This document shows, one piece after another, positions 11,001-19,044 of a stretch of 64,000 nt of DNA. Source of the DNA: an uncultured Chloroflexia bacterium (lineage in GTDB: Bacteria; Chloroflexota; Anaerolineae; Anaerolineales; UBA4823); contig CAWKGZ010000003.1 in assembly GCA_963849335.1 (NCBI GenBank), positions 1,132,022-1,196,021 on the forward strand, read 5' to 3'. Made by a program: the position numbers and the translations under genes. Position 1 is the stretch's first letter. Every line of letters starts with the position of its first letter. The notes beneath the pieces were generated by a model that was given only the letters and a program-made list of their open reading frames with translations, made no database searches and was not told where the DNA came from.

Positions 11001-12607
11001 CTATCCTTCATAAAGATATTTTGCGGAAGGTTCTCAACGAGCGTCCGGTACATCGCCTCGCTTTCCTGGATGGCCAGCTCCGCACGCTTACGCTCGGTGA
11101 TGTCGCGGCTACTGAAGACTGCCCCTGTAGGCGATCCATTGTCGTCATAGATGAGTTTGCCGATTGATTCCAGCCATAGGTAGTGTCCATCCGCATGACG
11201 ATAGCGATACTCCTGCTTTCCTGGCGTTTCAGCTTGGATGATCGCAAGAGCTGCATTTTCCACCCGGTCTCTGTCTTCCGGATGCATATAGTTATAAATT
11301 GACATGCCCAAAAGGCTGGCAGGCTCATACCCTAAAACGGTCTTGTGTGATGGGCTGGCGTACAGGATATTCCCTTGGAAGTCGGTCCGCACGACCATAT
11401 CCAGCATATTTTCGGTAATCAGGCGTAATTGTTCCTCAGAGGCTTGCAGAGCTTCTTCCGCCCGTTTGCGCTCGGTGATATCCGTGTTAGCCCCTCGATA
11501 TCCGAGCAGGTTTCCCTTGTCGTCAAGCAATGGCACCGCGCTGATGGAAAGCCAAACGATTTGACCGTTCTTATGCATGTTGCGGTTGATAAATTCCCGA
11601 AACGGCTGTTTGGCAGCAATAGAGGCAAACACCGTTGCCTTTACCGCTTCCCTGTCCTCCGGGTAAAAAGTGTCATAGAAATTTTTTTGCAGAAACTCCT
11701 CCGGTGTATAGCCCAGGATCTTTTCAATCGCCGGGCTAATATACGTGCACCTACCCCGTGCATCAAGCTCCCAGATGAATTCCTGCGCGTTATCCGAAAT
11801 ATCCCGGAATCTTTGTTCACTATCCTTCAACGCCTGCTCGGCCCGCTTGCGCTCGGTGATGTCGTGATTGGCGCTGACATATCCTGAAAACTGTCCGCTC
11901 TCATCGTGGAGTACAATGGTAGATACCTCGACGGGAAACCGTGTCCCATCTCTGCGTACCTGAGTTACTTCTCCACGCCAGCGTTTTGCCTTGGCTATTG
12001 TGCACCTCATAGCCTCCGCCTCCACATCGGGCCATTCGGTGCATGTTATTTCCAGTCCATTCCGCCCAAGGACTTCCTCCGCCTTCCAACCGTAAAGAGT
12101 TTCCGCTGCCGCGTTCCAGGCGGTTATCCGGTACTGGGAGTCGCAGGCGATGATGGCGTCACTCACGCTTGCCAGCAGATTGGCCTGGTAGCGCAATTGC
12201 TCTTCAACGCGCCTGTGGTCCGCCCGTAGTTGTTTGGCTTCCAGTGCATGACGCACTGCCTGTCCCAGCCGTCCCAGGCGGTCTTTCATCACGTAATCGG
12301 CCGCGCCCTGGCGCATCGCATCCACGGCAGCCTCCTCGCCAATAATCCCGGAGACGATGACGAAGGGAATATCCTGACCGCATTCGTTCAACAACTGCAG
12401 AACACGCATACCGCTGAACTGCGGAAGCGACCAGTCAACCAGGATCAGGTCGGGGTTTGTTTCGAGTCCCGCCAGGAAATCCGCCTCAGTTTCCACGCGC
12501 TGCCAATCTGTGTCAAAACCTGCCTGGTGTAACTCGTGCAGCATCAACTCGGCGTCTGCTGCCTGGTCCTCGACGATCAGCACGCGGATTGGAGTGGACA
12601 TAATCAC
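8000..12607 (-). CDS. Giant hybrid sensor histidine kinase: REC, about eight PAS, GAF, HisKA, HATPase_c; two frameshifts (~8820, ~8500)
   Basis: ORFs 8789-12607, 8452-8838 and 8000-8434 are contiguous parts. There is an N-terminal receiver (VLIVEDQAADAELM...). PAS modules are separated by recurring DITERKRAE-type linkers, followed by a GAF. The H-box is YVASHDLQEPLRKV, and the ATPase motifs are LLQNLIINALKF...DNGIGF...GSGMGLAICRRIVERHRG. Confidence 0.85.
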
Positions 12608-12625
12608 CTCATCATATCTACAATC

Positions 12626-13069
12626 TCAAGGCATTGGCGGTTGGTTGAGCAGAAGCCAGTACAGACCCAACTGCCGCACAGTCTCGGTAAACTTCTTGAA
12701 ATCCACCGGCTTGGTGATGTAACTGTTGACGCCCAACCGGTAACTTTCAACGATATCGCGCTCCTCGCGCGATGAAGTGAGTACCACCACGGGAATCGAA
12801 CGCGTGAACTCATCGCATTTGATGCGCCGTAACACTTCCATCCCATCCACTTTGGGCAATTTCAGATCGAGCAGGATCACCTTCGGCATGTTGTTGAGCT
12901 TGCGTTCCGCAGAATTCCCGCTACAGAAGAGGAATTCCAACGCCTCTGCGCCGTCGCGGACGACGTGAATGCGGTTGGTGAGATTGTTTTTCTTAAAAGC
13001 GTGGAGTGTCAATTCCACGTCGTTGGGATCGTCTTCGACCAGCAGAATTTCGATATAATTATTGTTCAT
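12626..13069 (-). CDS. CheY-like single-domain response regulator
   Basis: 147-aa ORF: [19 protein letters not shown]...[17 protein letters not shown]...PVVVLTSS...NSYITKP. Its start overlaps the stop of the upstream kinase at 13069. Confidence 0.9.
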   Translation of the reverse strand: MNNNYIEILLVEDDPNDVELTLHAFKKNNLTNRIHVVRDGAEALEFLFCSGNSAERKLNNMPKVILLDLKLPKVDGMEVLRRIKCDEFTRSIPVVVLTSSREERDIVESYRLGVNSYITKPVDFKKFTETVRQLGLYWLLLNQPPMP

Positions 13070-15087
13070 TATCTCTCTCTTCCAAGAGTGAAGTAAAATG
13101 CAGCGCCTTTGTCCACTTCCGCCTCGGCCCAGACGCGCCCACCGTGGCGGTGGACGATCCGCTGGACGATGGCCAGCCCCACGCCGGTTCCTTCGTACTC
13201 TTCAGTACGGTGCAGGCGCTGAAAGACGCCATACAGTTTATCGGCGTATTGCATGTCAAAGCCCACGCCGTTGTCTTTGACAAAGTAAATGGTTTCGCCA
13301 GAGCCTTGCGTAGGTTCGGTACTTTTGGATGTATAACACCCAATCTCGATGCGGGCTGTCTCCCGCTTGCCCGTGAACTTGAGTGCATTGGAGAGCAGAT
13401 TGACAAAGACCTGTTTCAACAGGATTGGATCGGCCTGGCAGGCGGGCAGGTCGCCGACGATGAATTCGACTTGCCGCCCTTCCTGTTCAGCGCGCAAATC
13501 GACCAGCACCTCCCGTACCAGTGTGGCTGGATCCACCGTCTGCTTGTTCAGCGGCTGGCGGCCGAGATGCGAGAAAGCCAGCAGGCCTTCGATCAGACGC
13601 TCCATCCGTTGGGTGTTGTCGTGCAGCAGGTCAAGGTAGCGCTGTGCCTCAATGGGGAAGCCTGAGGCATATTCTTCGAGCAAAATGAGCGAGAAGCCGT
13701 CTATCGCCCGTAGCGGGGCGCGCAGATCGTGCGAGACGGTGTACGAGAAGGCTATCAGCTCCTGGTTGGCGTCTTCTAATTCCTCCGTGCGTCGCTGGAG
13801 CGTCTCATATAGCTGCGCGTTCTTAACCGCAACCCCTATTTGCAGAGCGATAGTTGTCAGCAATGCCAGTTCTTCCGGCAAAAAGGAGCGAGAACGGCGT
13901 GTTGACAGGTTCAGCGCACCCATGGCTTGACCCGCTGATAAGATAGGTATACTCACCGACGATTGAATTCCCTCACGAAGAAGGTGGGGGGCATATCGCG
14001 CCGAAGGATAATCCTGGATATTGAGCACCAGCAGCTTCTGCTCAGCGACAGCCCGTCCTGACATGCCCTCTCCAAGTTTAACCTGGCGGAGGCTCCTGGC
14101 AGTCTCGTCTGAAACACCTCGCATCGCCCGCAATATCAGCGTCTTGCCGTCAGGCTCCAGCAGGTATACACCGCCAATTTCAATATCCAGGGCTTCCAGC
14201 GTCAAATCAATGGCATTACTCAGGCATTTCTCCAGTTCCATTGATTCTGTGATGGCTTGGTTGGTCAGGTAAAGAATAGAGAGTTCGCGGTTGTGTCGGT
14301 GGAGCTCTCCATAAAGGCGCGCTTTCTCCACACCGATGCCTATCTGCTGCCCCAAGATGACTAGAACCTCCAGACCAATCGCGTCGAAATAGTGTGGGCT
14401 GGCCGCTTCCAGGTTCATAACTCCGATTATGCCGCTATGCCCAACGAGTGGTACACTGGCTGCTGACCGTATACCCTCCTTTTCGACAAAAGCACGCAAT
14501 ACCCCTGGGTACTCAGCCAGGCTGTTCACGGTAACCGGCTTGCCTGTTTCCGCTACCTTCCCTGCCAACCCCTCACCCAGCCTTATTCGGCTGAAGGCTT
14601 GAACGAATTCCTCGCTCAGGCCTCGATGGACTGTCATCACCAGCTCGCAAGTTTCTTTGTCGAGTAGCATCATGGTGCCCGCTTCAATACCCACCAGCCG
14701 CAATGATTTGTCCATCGCCCGGTTGAAGATTTCGTCCACGTCCAGCGATTGGTTGACGATGTTTGCCATGGAATTGAGCGCAGTCAAATTGGAGACGCGG
14801 CGACTCAACGCCTCTTCTACACGCTTACACCGGGTAATTTCGCTTTCAAGTTGTATGTTTACTGATTGGAGTTGCGCCGTGAGGTCTCGGACCGACCCTT
14901 CCAGTTCTGCATTGAGTTTGCGGATTTCCTCCTCCGCTAGCTCGCGCTCGGTGACATCGACTTGTTGGTCTTCTTGTTTTCCCCTCTCCCATTCTGCTTC
15001 CCTGGACTGATAGGACTTGATCTTACCCCGTAGGGTGTCAATTTCCTGAATCAGCGCAGCCTCACGTTGCTTATCCATGATCCCCAC
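13069..15087 (-). CDS. Cytoplasmic sensor histidine kinase (coiled coil, two GAF, HisKA, HATPase_c)
   Basis: 672-aa ORF. The N-terminus is coiled-coil rich, followed by two GAF-like regions. The H-box is [16 protein letters not shown] and the catalytic core is [15 protein letters not shown]...DNGVGFD...[26 protein letters not shown]. Confidence 0.9.
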   Translation of the reverse strand: MGIMDKQREAALIQEIDTLRGKIKSYQSREAEWERGKQEDQQVDVTERELAEEEIRKLNAELEGSVRDLTAQLQSVNIQLESEITRCKRVEEALSRRVSNLTALNSMANIVNQSLDVDEIFNRAMDKSLRLVGIEAGTMMLLDKETCELVMTVHRGLSEEFVQAFSRIRLGEGLAGKVAETGKPVTVNSLAEYPGVLRAFVEKEGIRSAASVPLVGHSGIIGVMNLEAASPHYFDAIGLEVLVILGQQIGIGVEKARLYGELHRHNRELSILYLTNQAITESMELEKCLSNAIDLTLEALDIEIGGVYLLEPDGKTLILRAMRGVSDETARSLRQVKLGEGMSGRAVAEQKLLVLNIQDYPSARYAPHLLREGIQSSVSIPILSAGQAMGALNLSTRRSRSFLPEELALLTTIALQIGVAVKNAQLYETLQRRTEELEDANQELIAFSYTVSHDLRAPLRAIDGFSLILLEEYASGFPIEAQRYLDLLHDNTQRMERLIEGLLAFSHLGRQPLNKQTVDPATLVREVLVDLRAEQEGRQVEFIVGDLPACQADPILLKQVFVNLLSNALKFTGKRETARIEIGCYTSKSTEPTQGSGETIYFVKDNGVGFDMQYADKLYGVFQRLHRTEEYEGTGVGLAIVQRIVHRHGGRVWAEAEVDKGAAFYFTLGRER

Positions 15088-15372
15088 TCCAATCGCTAAT
15101 CCGAAGTTCTTCTTTGGTATATCCCAACCTCAAGGCAATGTTCCTGGCCCAAAACGCGGTCTTGCTGGCATGGTTTTGTGAAAGAGCATTGCAGTGATTT
15201 TATGGAATAAGCCAGCTTGTATAATGTTATCATAAAATCATCCTCCAGGGATGGATCACCATGCTCCCGATGGATGGTCAGACTGGCGCGCCTACTCCCT
15301 GAAACTGCTGCCGCCATAGTCGAATAAAATACTTTGCTCCCCCTAAATCCTTATGAACAAAATCACAGAGAT

Positions 15373-15726
15373 TTACGCAGAAATCCCTGGGCGTGTTTCC
15401 AGCTCAGCAAAAGCCATATCAGGGGCTGGCGTTATATCGCAGGTTTGCTTCACAGTCTGGATCAGTAAATTAGAAAATTCGGCCAGGCTGCTGGAATGGA
15501 TCTGCTTGATCTGCTGTTTTTCTTCCCGGGTAAAGGAAAATTTCTCACCACAGAAGCCGTCCTCGATCGATTGAATCGGGTTGGTCAGCAAGGTATTCAG
15601 GAAGCGCTTGCTGATCACCGCGGCGTGGATCAGCCGCCCACACTCCAATAACGTCGATTCATGTGGATCGGAGAATAATTGCGGTGAGGTTGGTACGAAA
15701 TGGTCTACCTGATTAAGGAATGTCAT
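15373..15726 (-). CDS. Small hypothetical protein (117 aa from the ATG preceded by GGAGA); weak resemblance to LigA/NHLP-like helical domains
   Basis: ORF 15373-15750. The internal ATG at 15726 has AAATAGGAGACAGA upstream. The sequence ...RLIHAAVISKRFLNTLLTNPIQSIEDGF...FSFTREEKQQIKQIHSSSLAEFSNLL is protein-like, but I cannot place it in a family. Confidence 0.45.
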   Translation of the reverse strand: MTFLNQVDHFVPTSPQLFSDPHESTLLECGRLIHAAVISKRFLNTLLTNPIQSIEDGFCGEKFSFTREEKQQIKQIHSSSLAEFSNLLIQTVKQTCDITPAPDMAFAELETRPGISA

Positions 15727-16009
15727 TCTGTCTCCTATTTTCTGGATCACTCAGCGACCAAAGCAGCCATAGTGTCCCAACGGCGATCAAGAGATCACCT
15801 GAAAAGTTTGGGTATTAATTTAGGTATTATAAAGATGGGCGGTCTCAAAACAGGCATTAAAGCGGCCTCAATGAGACCAATGATTTCACCAATTACTTGA
15901 TGAGTTTTAAATATAAGGATTGCGTTTGGAGTGAAGGCGCACTGGCAAAATTCAAGCGCGGTAAGGAATCAACTCCAGGATTGTCGCCGCTTGATAAAAT
16001 GCCTGATCC

Positions 16010-17335
16010 CTAGCGGTGACTGCTAGCGTGCGGGTGTGACGGATTTTCTGTCCTGAACATCTCTGCACTGAGCTTATATCCAATCGTCTCCAAGCGTTGG
16101 GAGAACATCGGTCGGATGCCGGTTGGTTTGAAATGGCCGATAACTACGCCTTCGGGTGACACCCCGGTCTGCTCATATTTGAAGATGTCGGACATGACAA
16201 TCGTATCCGATTCCATACCGGCTACTTCCGTAATTGCAGTTATTTTACGCGGCCCATTTCTCAGGCGAGATTGTTGTACGATCAAATCCACGGCAGATGC
16301 AATTTGCTGGCGGATAACCTTTAATGGCAATTCCATCCCGGACATCAGCACCATTGTCTCCAATCGTGAGAGCGCATCACGCGGCGTGTTGGCATGCAAG
16401 GTGGTCAACGAACCATCGTGACCGGTATTCATTGCCTGTAACATGTCGAGCGCTTCACCCCCACGACACTCGCCCACGATGATCCGATCCGGGCGCATGC
16501 GCAGACTGTTCCGAACCATGTCGCGAATGCTGACCTCCCCGTGGCCATCGAGGTCGGGAAGCCTGGCTTCCATTCGGACCACATGTGCCTGATCTAGGCG
16601 AAGTTCAGCAGAATCTTCGATTGTTACGACACGCTCTGTCTCTGGTATAAAACCGGAGAGTACGTTGAGCAAAGTTGTTTTGCCCGAACCCGTACCACCC
16701 GAAATGACGATATTCAGCCTGCCCAACACGCACGCCCGCAGAAAATCAGCCATCAAGGGTGTGAGTGTATCGAATTCGATAAGTTGTTCAATGGTCAATT
16801 TGTTTTTGCTGAATTTCCGGATAGTCAGCATGGGCCCATCGATGGCAACCGGTGGGATCACGGCATTGACCCGTGAGCCATCCGGTAAACGCGCATCCAC
16901 CATCGGGCTTTCAGCGTCCACCCGGCGACCAAGGGGTGCGAGGATTCTTTCGATAATGTGCATGACATGGTCGTCATTAACGAAGGTCACTCTGGTTTCA
17001 GTAATCTTGCCAGCTCGTTCGATGTAAACCTTATCGTAGCGGTTGACCATCACCTCGCTCACCTCAGGGTCATTTAACAAGGGCTGTATCGGGCCATAGC
17101 CAATCAAGTCGTCCAAAATTTCCCGAAAGAGGTGAGCGCGCAGCCTATCTGGTAGTTTTAAGCCGGTCTGCTCGTAAGCTTTGGTCAGGCTCTCTTGAAT
17201 GACTGCCACTCGTTCACCCGGTGATGTTGCTGCCTGATTAAACTCGCGGGTTACGGTGGTGGTGAGATAAGCTTTTAGTTTAGTCAGGTAAGAATCTTGT
17301 TTATCGAGGCTATCGAGATCCACAGGGAGTTCCAT
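16010..17335 (-). CDS. CpaF/TadA-family secretion ATPase (VirB11/PilT-like hexameric ATPase)
   Basis: 441-aa ORF. Walker A is [16 protein letters not shown]. Family-typical blocks are [71 protein letters not shown] and DLIVQQSRL. Confidence 0.9.
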   Translation of the reverse strand: MELPVDLDSLDKQDSYLTKLKAYLTTTVTREFNQAATSPGERVAVIQESLTKAYEQTGLKLPDRLRAHLFREILDDLIGYGPIQPLLNDPEVSEVMVNRYDKVYIERAGKITETRVTFVNDDHVMHIIERILAPLGRRVDAESPMVDARLPDGSRVNAVIPPVAIDGPMLTIRKFSKNKLTIEQLIEFDTLTPLMADFLRACVLGRLNIVISGGTGSGKTTLLNVLSGFIPETERVVTIEDSAELRLDQAHVVRMEARLPDLDGHGEVSIRDMVRNSLRMRPDRIIVGECRGGEALDMLQAMNTGHDGSLTTLHANTPRDALSRLETMVLMSGMELPLKVIRQQIASAVDLIVQQSRLRNGPRKITAITEVAGMESDTIVMSDIFKYEQTGVSPEGVVIGHFKPTGIRPMFSQRLETIGYKLSAEMFRTENPSHPHASSHR

Positions 17336-17337
17336 AA

Positions 17338-17643
17338 TTAGTCTCCTGTTTCCTCAGACTGGTCTTGAGCTTCTTCTATGGGCATCAACCAGACGATGTG
17401 CTCGCGATTAATAGCCAGAAAGTCGCTAGTATAGAGGATCTCCCCCTCCAGAGTATAGATTTCCGCACGGGTCACGGCTATAAACAGGTTAGCTTTATTG
17501 ATCTCGTCACTCAAACGTTCATCCTGGCGCACATGCACACAGCCCCGGATTCTATGATTCGGAGTCTGGATATGGCATAGAATTATATCTTTTGAGATGA
17601 ATTCGGTAAAAATCTTGCCCTTTTCTTCATAATTGAGACCCAT
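17338..17643 (-). CDS. Small conserved-looking hypothetical protein (101 aa), tightly coupled to the CpaF-type ATPase gene
   Basis: Start ATG 17643 is preceded by AAGGAGATTAACC. The stop lies 2 nt before the cpaF-like ATG. Sequence: MGLNYEEKGKIFTEFISKDIILCHIQTPNHRIRGCVHVRQDERLSDEINKANLFIAVTRAEIYTLEGEILYTSDFLAINREHIVWLMPIEE plus an acidic tail. Confidence 0.55.
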   Translation of the reverse strand: MGLNYEEKGKIFTEFISKDIILCHIQTPNHRIRGCVHVRQDERLSDEINKANLFIAVTRAEIYTLEGEILYTSDFLAINREHIVWLMPIEEAQDQSEETGD

Positions 17644-17929
17644 GGTTAATCTCCTTAACAACCTGTTTTGGCGTAAAACTTTCAGCACTCTGTTTGATCC
17701 CCACCGGATCAGGTTGAGCGACCGCCCAGGCAATATGGTATCGTTGAAGGAGGGGTTACTCAGCCAAGGTCTGTAGAAGGACAGCCGGTAATGCCGTTGA
17801 ACACCCTGCAGTTAGCTGTCTAGCAATCCCTGGAATGAGGCAAGGATGGGTGTAGCCCTACTGCCGTGTATTGTAACACCATCGGGCCAAACGAAAAACC
17901 ATAGCCGACGAGCTATGGTTTCAGGTTAG

Positions 17930-18001
17930 TAGCGGGGCTCAGATTCGAACTGAGGACCTTCGGGTTATGAGCCCGACGAGCTGCCACTGCTCCACCCCGC
18001 A
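17930..18001 (-). tRNA. tRNA-Met (anticodon CAU), initiator type; no encoded CCA
   Basis: The reverse strand folds as U-GCGGGG UG GAGC AGUGGCA GCUC G UCGGG CUCAUAA CCCGA AGGUC CUCAG UUCGAAU CUGAG CCCCGC-U A. It has three consecutive G-C pairs closing the anticodon stem and an unpaired 1:72 position, both hallmarks of bacterial initiator tRNA. The anticodon is at 17969-17967. Confidence 0.85.
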
Positions 18002-18077
18002 TCGATTGTCTTGCCCGGTCACCGAGCGGGCGAATTATAGCACGCTGCCGCAGGCGCGTCAAGCGCGCTATTTGGTT

Positions 18078-18467
18078 TTACGGCTGGTCGACGAACAAGG
18101 ACAGCCACACCTGCCAGTTTTGGATCACTTCCGGGGTGGGGGTGGGCGTCGGTTCCGGCGTGGGGATGCTGCCCGGCACTTCGATGGGCACGATCAGCGT
18201 GTCGCCTTCCTTCACTTCGTGCTGGAAAGTGTAAGCCCAGATCAGAACTGCCTCTTCGGCGGTCGCTTTTGCCACCGCGGTCTCATAGCTGGTTTGCGTG
18301 CTGTACAGATCGGTCACCTGCGCGCTGACCTGGTCATGTTCGGAGGTCAGGCGGCGCAGCTCTGCCATGCGGGTATTGAAATCCATCACCATCAGCGCCA
18401 ACAGTGCAAACCCGATCATCAGCACACCCAACCGCCAGCCGCTTCGCCATGTGTTCATAGATGTCAT
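18078..18467 (-). CDS. Small bitopic membrane protein with FtsB/DivIC-like (septum formation initiator) layout and a Pro/Thr linker
   Basis: From ATG 18467: one TM segment (WRLGVLMIGFALLALMVM), then a coiled-coil stretch (RMAELRRLTSEHDQVSAQVTDLY), then ...EVKEGDTLIVPIEVPGSIPTPEPTPTPTPE. The call rests on architecture only. Confidence 0.5.
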   Translation of the reverse strand: MTSMNTWRSGWRLGVLMIGFALLALMVMDFNTRMAELRRLTSEHDQVSAQVTDLYSTQTSYETAVAKATAEEAVLIWAYTFQHEVKEGDTLIVPIEVPGSIPTPEPTPTPTPEVIQNWQVWLSLFVDQP

Positions 18468-18515
18468 CTTACCGCAGCCTTTTTGAATCCGCAAGAGGAA
18501 AGAATATTTTCACAT

Positions 18516-18710
18516 AGCTAACAAGATCTGCCCGGCTCTTAAGACCGAAGGTAAAGACCCTAAGAACTATCCGAGATTTCATACATAGCTGTCATTGCGA
18601 GGAGCATTGCGACGAAGCAATCCCTTCAGACCAAGGCTGAGATTGCTTCGCAAAAACCGCTCGCAATGACAATTGGGAGAATATTCGGAAAGATCCTTAG
18701 GGTCTGGGTG
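18516..18710. repeat. MITE-like ~190-bp dispersed repeat, copy 1 (contains an 80-nt nested hairpin at 18591-18670)
   Basis: It shares AGCTAACAAGAT, CTGCCCGGCTCTTAAGACC and GAGGAGC-N-GCGACGAAGCAATCCCTTCA-N-CAAGG-TGAGATTGCTTCGCAAAAACCGC with the reverse complement of 46766-46947. Internal arms are GTCATTGCGAG/CTCGCAATGAC and GAAGCAATC/GATTGCTTC. Confidence 0.7.
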
Positions 18711-18844
18711 AGCAAAGTTTTGTCAGACCTCTTACATACCTTTGCAACCTCCATGCCAGTTGGCACGTCCCATGCATCCTTCTACCAGATAATGGCGTTG
18801 CAATTACCAATTAACAAATCCCCGCGGGATGCGGGGATCGGGTG

Positions 18845-18928
<84 letters not shown>

Positions 18929-19044
18929 TTGCGCACAGAATTTTACCTTGAATCTTCGATTTGTCAACCTCTGCGCTATACGAGGTGCGTTGCACTTCAA
19001 AAAGTGCAACGCACCTGTGCCAGAGCGTGCTATAATTTTATCAG

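Noticed and set aside
2923-17643. Complete Tad/Flp pilus locus
   Set aside because: Only the CpaE-like and CpaF-like ATPases are present. No TadB/TadC-type polytopic platform proteins, Flp-type pilin, CpaB, secretin or prepilin peptidase can be read in any ORF of the window.
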